A stretch of DNA of 64,000 nt from an uncultured bacterium (GTDB lineage: Bacteria; Acidobacteriota; HRBIN11; JAKEFK01). Where the stretch lies: NCBI GenBank assembly GCA_963777505.1, contig CAVZQN010000001.1:675792-739791 (forward strand). Reading direction: 5' to 3'. Positions 41,707 to 51,395 of this stretch are shown here, in pieces. The notes beneath the pieces were generated by a model that saw only the letters and a program-made list of their open reading frames with translations, made no database searches and was not told where the DNA came from. The position numbers were made by a program, and so were the translations under genes. Positions within the stretch are counted from its first letter, which is position 1; every line of letters starts with the position of its first letter.

Positions 41707-43440
41707 CTAAAACGTATAGCGGAGTTCGTAATAGATGCGATCACTTTGATCGAATCTGCCAAAAACACCTAGTGGATCACCGCTCAGGAAATCAGCACCA
41801 CCTGTCAGGCGCCAATTCTCATGAAAGTACCAGTTCAATTTAAGGCGGACCATAGAATCATTCCGGGTCAAGCTATAAATTACGAGTCCTTCCGGTTCCA
41901 GGCTTTCGTGAAAGGCTCTTGTCGATGCATAAAATGAAACTCCCGTTTCAAATTCCCGCAAAAACATATCTGGGTCATGGGATGGAAACCAGCGCTGAAA
42001 AAATTGGAAGTTGATCTTCGATTCTTCAGGAAGCGGGCGTTCCAAACTTAGAACGTAATCGAGAAAGTTTTTTTGAACTACACCATCTGCATCGCTTAAC
42101 AGATCGAGATTAAACCAGCGATCCATTGTATAAACTCCTTCCCCCTTAAATATGAAGGAGCCAAAATCCTTTGAAGTTGTCATGCCGAATTGTTGAATCC
42201 GATCATGATCCGGTTGATAGACAAATACAGGATCGGTCCCGCTTTGAATGGACCTTGAGAAAAAAGGTGTAGCATCAATGCTTCCATAATAAAACCCAGA
42301 AACGTCCCAACCGCCTTTTAAAATTGAGAGCCGGGCACCATACGCAGAATTTTCAAATGAATTGTCAGGTTGACGTTCATTAAGAATTACTGTGCCGAAC
42401 TCGGGCGGAGCCGGTGGAGGGAATGGATAAAATTCGCTACCAGGCACGCCGATTTCGTCATATGTCATATACGGAATAAGAATAAATTCGGCATGAAAGT
42501 CATCTTTAAAATATTCAGCACGAACAGCCCATTGTGGAATGCGAATTAAGTCAAAATCAAGTAACACGAATTCGCGCAAATCTTTTGCAGAAACTACATC
42601 CGCGAAAAATAAACCGATGACTTCACCCCAGATAATATGTTGACGGCCAAACCTGAAATCGAGATCACCAGCAGAAATATCAAGATAAGTTTCGTGAAAC
42701 AATGCTTCAAATTCTTGATCATCACGAACTGTTTCAGGATAGAAATCGTTTAATGCAAAAATTGCATCATAATAAGCGCGTCCTGAAATTTTGTACTTCA
42801 CGTTTTCACTGATGTCGCCTTCGATTCCAAGTTCAACTCGATTCTTAAACTTCGATCCATGCTCCGGATCAGCGATCGTATATGCCGCTTCATTTTGTAA
42901 AAAACCGGCGACTCGAAATCCTGATCCGCTTTGCATGTCTTCAAGCATGACTGGCGCTGGTTCTTCTTCAGGCATTGCTAAAGGAGGCGGCTCCGGTTCA
43001 GCGGGCACAGGGTCAGCAGGTACGGCCTCGGCGGCTGGTGGCTCAGCAGTTTGGGTTGGAGGTTCTGCGGGCTGCGGGGGTTCGGGTTTTTTAACTTCAG
43101 GCGCAGGTGGTGTCTCAACTTTTTTGCTTTCAACCTGAGGTGTTGATGGCGGAAAATATTGCCGAACGAAACCTTTAATTCCAATATGGCGCAATTGAAT
43201 CATCGCTTTTTCGGCTTCTTTCTTAGTGATATACGGACCCGCCATTACAACTTGAAGCTCAGTGTGTTCTTTCGTTACAAAACGTTCGAGTACAGTCGTA
43301 TATCCGGCAGTCTTTAGACGTTCGACAGCCGCATCAATGTTGGCTTGTTCTGCGTAGGCTCCGATTTGAACTGCGAAATCGGCGCTGCAAATGGAACTGA
43401 TGATCAATAAGACTGCACTTACAAGCAGCGCTAGTCTCAT
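41707..43440 (-). CDS. SPOR domain, Pro-rich linker and predicted outer-membrane beta-barrel (DUF1302-like)
   Basis: Signal peptide; FAVQIGAY...VMAGPY..KKEA SPOR motif; FGRQHIIWG; C-terminal ELRYTF. Confidence 0.82.
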   Translation of the reverse strand: MRLALLVSAVLLIISSICSADFAVQIGAYAEQANIDAAVERLKTAGYTTVLERFVTKEHTELQVVMAGPYITKKEAEKAMIQLRHIGIKGFVRQYFPPSTPQVESKKVETPPAPEVKKPEPPQPAEPPTQTAEPPAAEAVPADPVPAEPEPPPLAMPEEEPAPVMLEDMQSGSGFRVAGFLQNEAAYTIADPEHGSKFKNRVELGIEGDISENVKYKISGRAYYDAIFALNDFYPETVRDDQEFEALFHETYLDISAGDLDFRFGRQHIIWGEVIGLFFADVVSAKDLREFVLLDFDLIRIPQWAVRAEYFKDDFHAEFILIPYMTYDEIGVPGSEFYPFPPPAPPEFGTVILNERQPDNSFENSAYGARLSILKGGWDVSGFYYGSIDATPFFSRSIQSGTDPVFVYQPDHDRIQQFGMTTSKDFGSFIFKGEGVYTMDRWFNLDLLSDADGVVQKNFLDYVLSLERPLPEESKINFQFFQRWFPSHDPDMFLREFETGVSFYASTRAFHESLEPEGLVIYSLTRNDSMVRLKLNWYFHENWRLTGGADFLSGDPLGVFGRFDQSDRIYYELRYTF

Positions 43441-44230
43441 GAATTTATGACTTCGCCATCATTCATTCGAACCACTCGATCAGCTAGTTCCATAACCCTG
43501 GGATCATGAGTTGAAAAAACAAAGGTCGTTTTCTCTGAACGATTAATTTCTTTCATCAATTGAAGAATGCTTTCCCCCGTTTTGTGATCTAAATTCGCCG
43601 TTGGTTCATCAGCAAGAATAATTTTGGGACGAACAGCAAGTGCACGTGCTATCGCGACTCTCTGCCGTTGTCCGCCACTCAACTCATTCGGTTTGTGATG
43701 TGCAACACTGGATAGACCGACAACAGCTAAACAATGATTCACACGTTCTTTCCTTTCGAATTTGCTGATTTCATCAATTTGCAAAAGTGGATATTCAACA
43801 TTTTCAGCAGCCGACAACACGGGGAGCAGATTGAAAGTCTGAAAAATAAATCCAATTGTACGCGCCCTTAGATCCGCAAGTTCATCGGATGAAAGACCGT
43901 TTACAACGCGGTCTTCAATCGTAATTGTGCCTCCGCTGGGTGTATCAATGCATCCGATCAAATTCAAAAGCGTTGTCTTTCCGCTTCCTGAAGGACCGGC
44001 AATTGCAAGAAATTCTCCGCTCTTCACACCCATTGTCACATTCTTCAATGCCTGGACCTGATGATTTCCAAGTGTGTATCGCTTGGAGACTCGATCAATC
44101 GAAACGAGCTTTTCAACCGCTGCGGCAGCAATTTCAGGAAAACTTAGAAGCTTCGTATGGAATGTCAGAAGAAAATAATGGATCAAGAAAAGATCTGATA
44201 GTGCAGCATTCTGATTTGCGGAAAGAGTCA
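43437..44230 (-). CDS. LolD/MacB-type ABC ATPase domain, probably the C-terminus of the upstream GTPase-like ORF
   Basis: GPSGSGKTT, FQTFNLL, LSGGQRQR, ADEPTANLD, STHD; no convincing start codon or RBS near the domain start. Confidence 0.88.
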
Positions 44231-45810
44231 AGAATTGCTTTTTGATAAAGTGATTGTTGACTGATTGGAATTCCAAGATCTGAAAGCCATTTTGAAGCAT
44301 CATCAGCATTCATTGTGGCAACGCCGCGTTTCTGGGCCAATCGCTCAAGCAAGTACGAATAGACTTGTTCGGAAATATTTTTGACGCTGTTGAAATCCTT
44401 ATTGCTGATCGCCGTTTCGAGATATGAAAACAAAACTTGAACCCGAATATCTCCAGCAAATATTGCTGAAGTTGCGGGAGGCAAATCAGTGACAGGTTGT
44501 ATTTGGGGCGATGTCACATCAAGTAATGACTGAGTGACAGGTTGTGTTTGGGGCGATGTCACATCAAGTAATGACTGAGTGACAGGTTGCACAGTTACAG
44601 GATCAGGAACTGAAGAAGTGGCTGGTTCCTCTTGTATTTCCGGGAAGGTAGGCATTGGTTCTGCAGATGTCTCAAGATCGGGAACCGCAGGTGTTGCCGG
44701 TTCGCGATCAGGTTCTGCATCAGCAAATACAATCGTTTCTGATTCTTCTATTTCATGGGGAATGACCTGTTCTTCAACGTCTGCAAAGACCTCTTCCTCG
44801 TCTAAGTCTGTAAACACCGGTTCAGGTGACGGCTCGATCATGACCGCAGATTGCACTGCTTCACCTGGTTGAGCCTCAAGCTCCTGAGTGGTTTCATGCT
44901 CAGATTCTGGTTCGGCCTTGGGAGCGATCTTGTCTGCTAGTTGAAGAAGCTCTTCAAATTCAAACTTCTGTTCAAAAGGAAAGGCGGCTATTGGAGAGTT
45001 GCCATAGTCTATTTCTATTTCGTCCGGGTCGGAAGAACCATATTCGATTTCAAGCTCCTCAAATTCATGACCCTTGCTTTCTTCGGTTTCTTCAACCTGA
45101 GTTTCATTTGCTTGCTGCAACAATGTCAGTGCTGAATTTTCATCTGAACTTCCAATGACTGAAATTCCAGGCTCATTCATTGATAACGCTGCATTTTTTG
45201 AAATCGAACGCGCAGCCCCGATCAAAATTCCCTTATTATTCAAATCATTCCAAACAAGAGCGGTAATACAGTCTAAAGTCTCAAGAACGCCTGAACCAGA
45301 AGTGGCGCAAGTTTCAAAAAATTGCACGTTATAGGAATTCAGAAATAAATTCATTTTCCCAACAGGCAGAATATTGGGAAGATCCATTTTGTTGTATTGG
45401 ATAATCATTGGAAATTCTTTCAGAGTTCTGCCGCAAGCACGAAGATCTTCTTCCAGATTTTGATAGCACTTAAAGTTTGCAAACTGACACGAGGGTTGCA
45501 TGTCCGCAAGAAATACGCAGCCATCAGCGCCGTTGACCAGCGCATGTCTCAGCAGGTTATTTGTTACCTGGCCGGAAACAGTGCTGAGTTGAATTACAAA
45601 ATCATAGTTGGAGGAACTGAAATGATCAGGATGGTATTCAAAACTGATTTTGGATCCTTGTTCTGTCGCGAGGGATACTAATTTTCCCCGATTCTTCTCC
45701 GGAACATGATCATAAATATAAAGAAGCGAAGTATTCTTTCCTGCCTGTTCGGGACCATAATAGATGATCCGGGCGGTGACTTTTTTGTCTGCTCGATTAA
45801 TAAACGCCAT
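44134..45810 (-). CDS. MglA-like small GTPase domain with long acidic linker and helical domain
   Basis: MAFIN, IIYYGP..AGK.T, GKLVSLATE, TVSGQ, GADGCVF.AD, QYNKMDL, CATSG.GV. Confidence 0.85.
   Translation of the reverse strand: MAFINRADKKVTARIIYYGPEQAGKNTSLLYIYDHVPEKNRGKLVSLATEQGSKISFEYHPDHFSSSNYDFVIQLSTVSGQVTNNLLRHALVNGADGCVFLADMQPSCQFANFKCYQNLEEDLRACGRTLKEFPMIIQYNKMDLPNILPVGKMNLFLNSYNVQFFETCATSGSGVLETLDCITALVWNDLNNKGILIGAARSISKNAALSMNEPGISVIGSSDENSALTLLQQANETQVEETEESKGHEFEELEIEYGSSDPDEIEIDYGNSPIAAFPFEQKFEFEELLQLADKIAPKAEPESEHETTQELEAQPGEAVQSAVMIEPSPEPVFTDLDEEEVFADVEEQVIPHEIEESETIVFADAEPDREPATPAVPDLETSAEPMPTFPEIQEEPATSSVPDPVTVQPVTQSLLDVTSPQTQPVTQSLLDVTSPQIQPVTDLPPATSAIFAGDIRVQVLFSYLETAISNKDFNSVKNISEQVYSYLLERLAQKRGVATMNADDASKWLSDLGIPISQQSLYQKAILDSFRKSECCTIRSFLDPLFSSDIPYEASKFS
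44488..44589. repeat. 45-bp tandem repeat, ~2.3 copies (QPVTQSLLDVTSPQT)
   Basis: AGTGACAGGTTGT.TTTGGGGCGATGTCACATCAAGTAATGACTG repeated in frame. Confidence 0.9.
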
Positions 45811-45819
45811 GACACCTTA

Positions 45820-45871
45820 TGCAGGCAAGATGCCTGCGGCCCGTAATGCGGACAAAGATGTCCGCGCTCCG
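45820..45871. repeat. Family B REP-like element, partial copy
   Basis: TGCAGGCAAGATGCCTGCGGCCCG.AATGCGGACAA...CCGCGCTCCG matches 34725-34774. Confidence 0.85.
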
Positions 45872-46064
45872 ATATTTGATGGATTGTTGGGAAAATTCGG
45901 AGGTAGTAAATAATTCATTCTTTAGTCTCATGCCTTAATAACTGTCCCCCCACTGCAAGAGTCCAAAGAAAAAACCGTTTCGTAGTTGAATTAGTGTACC
46001 ACAGCTTTTATCATTCCTTTTCAGATTACAATAGACGTTCTAACTCCGGCTAATTGAACTAATT

Positions 46065-46820
46065 ATGAGCAATGAAACTGTCGAAATGGCTCTCATCCAA
46101 AGCCTAAAAGGTGTGTTCAGAGATACCAATGAACAGGAGCAGTACACTCGGGATGGCTGGCGAAGAATACAGGTAGTCCTTGATTTACTCGCAGATCTGA
46201 AGAAAGAAGGCGTCAAGAGTGTTCTGGAGCTGGGCTCCAATCCGTATTTGCTGACGAGTCTAATGAAGCACCGCTTTGATTTCGATCTTCATCTCGCGAA
46301 CTTTTTTGGTGATGATGTGAACGGCATTCATCAAACACATACTGCAGAACTGGATGGAAATCCAATTGAGTTTCAGTATTCACACTTTAACATTGAGCGT
46401 GATCCTTTCCCTTATGAAAATGAAAGTTTCGACTGCGTGATCTTTTGTGAAATTCTGGAGCACCTTTTGCTTGACCCGGATCATGCAGTTGCAGAAATGG
46501 CCAGGATTCTTAAGCCAAATGGATTTCTAGTCATCTCAACACCCAATGCCACACGATTAACAAATCTTTACTTCATTGCGCTTGGGAAGAATATTTATGA
46601 TTGGTATTCTGCGAATGGCGTATATGGACGTCACAATCGCGAATATACGCACAGCGAAGTTGTTGACCTGATGAATCGCCACGGCTTCAACATATTCCGA
46701 TCACATGTTCAAAATATTCAACCGCTGGCAAGAAGATTTACTTATCTACAAAAGCTGCGTCCAGAAGTCTGGTACGAACATCTTTTTATTATTGGGAAAA
46801 AGACTCAGGCAGGAACTTGA
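46065..46820 (+). CDS. Class I SAM-dependent methyltransferase
   Basis: VLELGS, FDCVIFCEILEHL, LKPNG, STPN, HNREYT. Confidence 0.9.
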   Translation: MSNETVEMALIQSLKGVFRDTNEQEQYTRDGWRRIQVVLDLLADLKKEGVKSVLELGSNPYLLTSLMKHRFDFDLHLANFFGDDVNGIHQTHTAELDGNPIEFQYSHFNIERDPFPYENESFDCVIFCEILEHLLLDPDHAVAEMARILKPNGFLVISTPNATRLTNLYFIALGKNIYDWYSANGVYGRHNREYTHSEVVDLMNRHGFNIFRSHVQNIQPLARRFTYLQKLRPEVWYEHLFIIGKKTQAGT

Positions 46821-47392
46821 GCTTTCTTTCGTATGTGAATTCGTGTGGCTTTTGGACTGTTCTTCCTGATCTGCTGTACATGATGCGCTCTCGCTTTCAT
46901 GTTTTGTACAGCACGTTCGAAAGCTATTTCAAATTGTTCGGCAGGTACTGCAATTTTTAAATCCCGCATGAATTCAAGCTGCTTCATTTCGCTTTGAGCT
47001 CTATGAAGTCCTTCTCTCACTTCTACGTTGATTGTTGGTAAATCAACTGCAACCTGAACGAAATCAGCTTTGTTCATAACCGCAACCGCTACTGGACTAA
47101 TGACGGCTTTCTCTGGTTGCATTTCATTGCACTCAGGTTCCTCAGCGAAAGTCATGTTAGTCACAGTCGATTCAACCACCGGAATGCTCTCAATCTTTTG
47201 GGCTATTGTGGATGGAGTCTCGACGTGCGGATTCAAAACCAATTTGAAAAAGCTGATTCCGTAAGATAGGCTGTTTTGCATATCCTGCGGAATATACTTT
47301 TGGGCCATACAAATCGGAAGGGTGAGCAAAACACAAACTGGAACAAACGTAGGAATTACTCCTGAAGCTATAAATGCAATTATTTTTCTCAT
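46805..47392 (-). CDS. Hypothetical protein with N-terminal hydrophobic segment
   Basis: 195-aa ORF with AAGGTG RBS. Confidence 0.65.
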   Translation of the reverse strand: MRKIIAFIASGVIPTFVPVCVLLTLPICMAQKYIPQDMQNSLSYGISFFKLVLNPHVETPSTIAQKIESIPVVESTVTNMTFAEEPECNEMQPEKAVISPVAVAVMNKADFVQVAVDLPTINVEVREGLHRAQSEMKQLEFMRDLKIAVPAEQFEIAFERAVQNMKARAHHVQQIRKNSPKATRIHIRKKAQVPA

Positions 47393-47458
47393 GGTTAATC
47401 ACCTTCTCAAGGTATAAGACGCTATAGACGATGAAAAGGTTTACTCGGAGTTACGAGA

Positions 47459-47484
47459 GAGGGGCGGGCCGTTTGACCCGCCCT
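47459..47484. repeat. Family C REP-like hairpin (GGGCGGG...CCCGCCC)
   Basis: Related copies at 50457-50484, 59551-59578 and 63001-63075. Confidence 0.75.
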
Positions 47485-47496
47485 AAAATTGCAAAC

Positions 47497-47712
47497 TTAA
47501 GTTTTTAGGAGAGGTCGACCTTCAGCGTCGACAAACTTGTTTGTAATGATGTTAATCAGGTCTATCACCACCCAAACGACGCAGCCGCCGCATGTCAATA
47601 ACTGGATGACGCCTTCTTTTGTATACCCGGTGTAAAAACGGTGAGCCCCTACGCCGCCCAAGAATATACAGAGCAGCAAGGTCGTAAGCCATTCTCTTTG
47701 TTCTCCTGGCAT
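47497..47712 (-). CDS. TM2-domain membrane protein
   Basis: FLGGVGAHRFYTG, LLTCGGC..W..ID; GGAGG RBS. Confidence 0.9.
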   Translation of the reverse strand: MPGEQREWLTTLLLCIFLGGVGAHRFYTGYTKEGVIQLLTCGGCVVWVVIDLINIITNKFVDAEGRPLLKT

Positions 47713-47776
47713 TATGCCTCCCTTCTGAATTGAACCTTACATATCAGGCGACATTTTAGCATAGAGACAAACTTTT

Positions 47777-49306
47777 TTACCGCGGAGTCGCCGAGAGGGC
47801 TTTTTGATAAAAGGACTGAAGATCCTTTTTCTGTTGAACCAATGATGGCTTATGAATGTACATCATGTGACCGGCTTCATAGTAATGCATTTCAATATTG
47901 TTCCGGAGTGAAGGATCCAAACCAAGATGATTAAATGTATACTCCGACGCAAAAAATGGAGTCGCAAGGTCGTAGTATCCATTCGCAACATAAACTTTCA
48001 GGTTTGGATTGATTGTCATTGCTTGTCTCAATCCTTCTGAACTATTGATGTAACGATCGCGGAATGCCTGGCCCGGATTCCAATCTTCGATTAAGGCAGA
48101 AATGATTTCGTAGGAGATGTCGTTTTCGAATTTTAAGTCAGTTCGAACGTAGTCGTTCAAAGTTGCTGTGAAATTTCCTTGAATCGCCGCATAACTTGGA
48201 TCGTATTCTGCGTCTTCGCCTGCTGCATCTCGATCACGTCCAGTAAAACGGCTATCCAGACGTCCTACAGTAATGCGTTCGGAACGGCGGAGTTCCTTAA
48301 AAAAACGAGAATCGCTGATACGAAGATCGCTCGCTTCAACGAAACTTTCCGATAAGCCTGTGTAACGTGCTACTTTTTGTGCAATCTTTTTTCGTTCTTC
48401 TTGACTGATCTGATCCCCTTTTAGTAAGGCTAATGAATATTCCGTTAACGCAAATTGTTTTGATTCATCAACTGCTTTTTTCAAATCTCCTTGCTGAAGA
48501 TCTGCCGGTAATTTCTTGTGATACCAGGCGGTAGCTGTAAAAGTAGGCAGGAAGAAAATATAAGGTGACTCGTTACCTGGCTCAAATTCCAGAGTTTGAA
48601 AATCGATTGCAACAGAAACCAGAATCACGCCGTTGAAATACATTCCATGACGATCCTGCAGCCAGTGAACTAAACCAGCTGCGCGTGTTGTACCGTAACT
48701 TTCACCTGCCAGAAATTTCGGAGAGCTCCAACGTTTTGCGCGTGTCGCAAAAATTCGCATGAATTCGCCGACAGATTCAATGTCTTCCTGGTAACCGTGA
48801 TATTGCTTCCCTGCTTCACCCGGAACCGGACGGCTATATCCGGTTGAAATGGGATCGATAAAAACAAGATCAGTTAAATCCAAAATTGAATATTCATTCG
48901 GCTCGAGAGTGTACGGCGGAGGATATGGATTTCCATCGTCTTTCATTCGAACGCGTTTTGGCCCAAAAATGCCAAGATGAAGCCAAACAGATGATGAACC
49001 AGGTCCACCATTGAATGAGAATGTTAAAGGTCGCGTTGATGAATCCTTAACGCCGTCTTTTGTATAAGCAATGTAAAAAAAGTTCGCTTTGGGTTTTCCT
49101 TCTTCAGTTTTTAATACGATATTTCCTGCGGTTGCAGTGTATTGAATCGTAGCCCCACCAATTGTCGCAGAATGTTTTGTTTCCGATCTGACTTCTTTAG
49201 GAAATTCCGGTTTGAACTCGGGCTTATCAGACTTTTTTTCTTCTTCGCTCCAAAGGATCATGCATGAAAACAAACATAGAAAGATCCCCAAAAGTAGTTT
49301 TTTCAT
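47777..49306 (-). CDS. Peptidase S10 (serine carboxypeptidase)
   Basis: FNGGPGSSS, DPISTGYS, GESYGTTR, GYYDLATP, YEAGHMMY. Confidence 0.93.
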   Translation of the reverse strand: MKKLLLGIFLCLFSCMILWSEEEKKSDKPEFKPEFPKEVRSETKHSATIGGATIQYTATAGNIVLKTEEGKPKANFFYIAYTKDGVKDSSTRPLTFSFNGGPGSSSVWLHLGIFGPKRVRMKDDGNPYPPPYTLEPNEYSILDLTDLVFIDPISTGYSRPVPGEAGKQYHGYQEDIESVGEFMRIFATRAKRWSSPKFLAGESYGTTRAAGLVHWLQDRHGMYFNGVILVSVAIDFQTLEFEPGNESPYIFFLPTFTATAWYHKKLPADLQQGDLKKAVDESKQFALTEYSLALLKGDQISQEERKKIAQKVARYTGLSESFVEASDLRISDSRFFKELRRSERITVGRLDSRFTGRDRDAAGEDAEYDPSYAAIQGNFTATLNDYVRTDLKFENDISYEIISALIEDWNPGQAFRDRYINSSEGLRQAMTINPNLKVYVANGYYDLATPFFASEYTFNHLGLDPSLRNNIEMHYYEAGHMMYIHKPSLVQQKKDLQSFYQKALSATPR

Positions 49307-49395
49307 TGTGGCTCCGTAGGTTTCTTCGCGAATCGCAAAACTATATTCTACGATAACTTTCTTTTTTCAAGACCAGGCTTTGAGTAACGAAAAAA

Positions 49396-50439
49396 TCAGA
49401 TGCGCCAGGAGTCGACTTCGTGTGCCGCTGAAGGCTGCACTTCTACAATTCCGGAAGTTGTATCGGTTTCATACTTCACTCGAGCAGTTGCCATCCCGTC
49501 AAGATCACTGTAGCGTGCTGTAATGCCAGCAGCGATTTGTATTTCATTTTCACCGATATTTCCTTCGACAATTGTGACAGGACCCATTACATCGATGCTG
49601 CATAACATTGCACGGCCTTCGGTTGCATAACGTTCAAGGAATTTGTTTTCCACTTCATCGCGGCCGACAACGATTTTTAGATTCGGAATCGGACGGAAAT
49701 GGCGTCCGACTTTTAAAAGGATCACATCATCCAAATCCGGAATTTTTCCATTCTCCATATGATCCAGAAGATCACGCATTCTTAACGCGTAATTTTTATC
49801 TGCAAGTGAGCAGCAACCACCGGCAGGCTGCGAATATTCAGTCACACCCATTTCTTCAGCCATTCGATATTGTTCGCGCCGTGAACGTCCTGAAATGGCT
49901 CCAAGTTTTTCGCGATCCAACCATCCATTGGTTTCTGGAATCGTTGGAGGCAATAGTCTTGCTGATAACGGACGCACAAGAAGTCCATCAAGGCCGCTTT
50001 CTTTTGCAACGATGCCCAATGCCTTTTTGTGTTGCGACATCGGACGCTGTCCAAGAACTTCACCTGTGAAAACAAATTGAGCGTTCTCTTGTTCCATAAT
50101 TTGTTTTGCACGGGCCAACATATAACTTCTGCAATCAAGACAAGGATTAATCGCACTTCCAAACCCGTATTTCGGTTTGATTAATACATCTTGGATGTAC
50201 GTAGCAGAAATATCGATGTACTCGATTTCTACTCCTAGTGATGCAGCCGATTTCAGGGATTCGTTGTAATAAACCTTTCCTTTTGCCTTTTTACGATTCA
50301 CCTGACGGCGAAAATCGGTTGTACAAAAACCTGTATAAAAATTGATGGCTTTGATTTCGATATCTTGTTGTTGCATCAGACGGACCGCTATCGAGCTGTC
50401 GAGACCGCCGGAAAGAAGTCCAATTGCTTTAATTGTCAT
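49396..50439 (-). CDS. ThiI/MnmA-like PP-loop tRNA sulfurtransferase-type protein
   Basis: SGGLDS, NPCLDCR, TGEVLGQRPMSQ, PAGGC, GRHFR. Confidence 0.85.
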   Translation of the reverse strand: MTIKAIGLLSGGLDSSIAVRLMQQQDIEIKAINFYTGFCTTDFRRQVNRKKAKGKVYYNESLKSAASLGVEIEYIDISATYIQDVLIKPKYGFGSAINPCLDCRSYMLARAKQIMEQENAQFVFTGEVLGQRPMSQHKKALGIVAKESGLDGLLVRPLSARLLPPTIPETNGWLDREKLGAISGRSRREQYRMAEEMGVTEYSQPAGGCCSLADKNYALRMRDLLDHMENGKIPDLDDVILLKVGRHFRPIPNLKIVVGRDEVENKFLERYATEGRAMLCSIDVMGPVTIVEGNIGENEIQIAAGITARYSDLDGMATARVKYETDTTSGIVEVQPSAAHEVDSWRI

Positions 50440-50486
50440 AGCTCATTTTACCGTAAGTAGGGCGGGTCTTAGACCCGCCCGTACAA

Positions 50487-51359
50487 TTAAGGACAAAATA
50501 GTCGCAGGGCTCGAGGGAGAATTTCAAACTTCATCGGTAAATAACCGATTAATTCACCATCCGCCTGAACAGGGATTTCACCAGCGCCGCTGGCCTCGAT
50601 GGTTGTGACTCTAAAACTCTCCACCGATTTCAAGGTCAAATGCCGCGCTTGCCATGCAAAAAGAACATAACGGATTAAACTGCCCAGGCCTGCTTCTTTG
50701 AACAACACAATATAAAGATATTCATCCGAAATATCAGCATCAGGTGCCAATCTAAAAAAAGCTGCATATTCACGAGAGTTGCAAATCACTGCAAAAATGC
50801 ATTCCTTTTCCGAACCATTTACCTTGAGAGTAATTTTCGGATATTTGTAATCCATTGCAGTTTTCAAGGCAGCAAGGCCGAATGCAAAATAGCCGACTTT
50901 GCGTTTTAGATGCCAATCAACATTCCGAATCACTTCGGAATCAAAACCGATTCCTACCATTAAAAGGAAATAACGTTTATTGGCTCTTCCTATTGAAATT
51001 TCTGTTGTTTTCCCTTCACCAATAATTCGAATTGCATCATTGATTGGCTGCGGGATGTTGAGTTCTCTTGCAAGCAGATTGGCCGTTCCTCCCGGAATTA
51101 AACCGATTGGAATTTGCTGGCCAAACATTCCATTGACGATTTCATGAACCGTACCATCTCCACCCCAACTAACCAGTAAATCCGGTTCATGGGTTAGAAG
51201 TTCTTGTACCATAGAAGGAATACTGACGTCAGCGAAAGTCGGACTCGGAGTGATATCGATGTCATATTTTTCGAATTCTCGAATGACATCGCTAACACCG
51301 GCATTCGATTTCATTCCTTGCCCCGCACCAGGGTTATAGATAAGAAAACCACGTTTCAT
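50487..51359 (-). CDS. Diacylglycerol kinase (YegS/DAGK) family lipid kinase
   Basis: YNPGAG, GGDGTVHE, PGGTANLLA, GIGFD, QADGE. Confidence 0.92.
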   Translation of the reverse strand: MKRGFLIYNPGAGQGMKSNAGVSDVIREFEKYDIDITPSPTFADVSIPSMVQELLTHEPDLLVSWGGDGTVHEIVNGMFGQQIPIGLIPGGTANLLARELNIPQPINDAIRIIGEGKTTEISIGRANKRYFLLMVGIGFDSEVIRNVDWHLKRKVGYFAFGLAALKTAMDYKYPKITLKVNGSEKECIFAVICNSREYAAFFRLAPDADISDEYLYIVLFKEAGLGSLIRYVLFAWQARHLTLKSVESFRVTTIEASGAGEIPVQADGELIGYLPMKFEILPRALRLFCP

Positions 51360-51395
51360 AATTTTGATTTTACTTTCTGACTCTGCGGTAAATTT

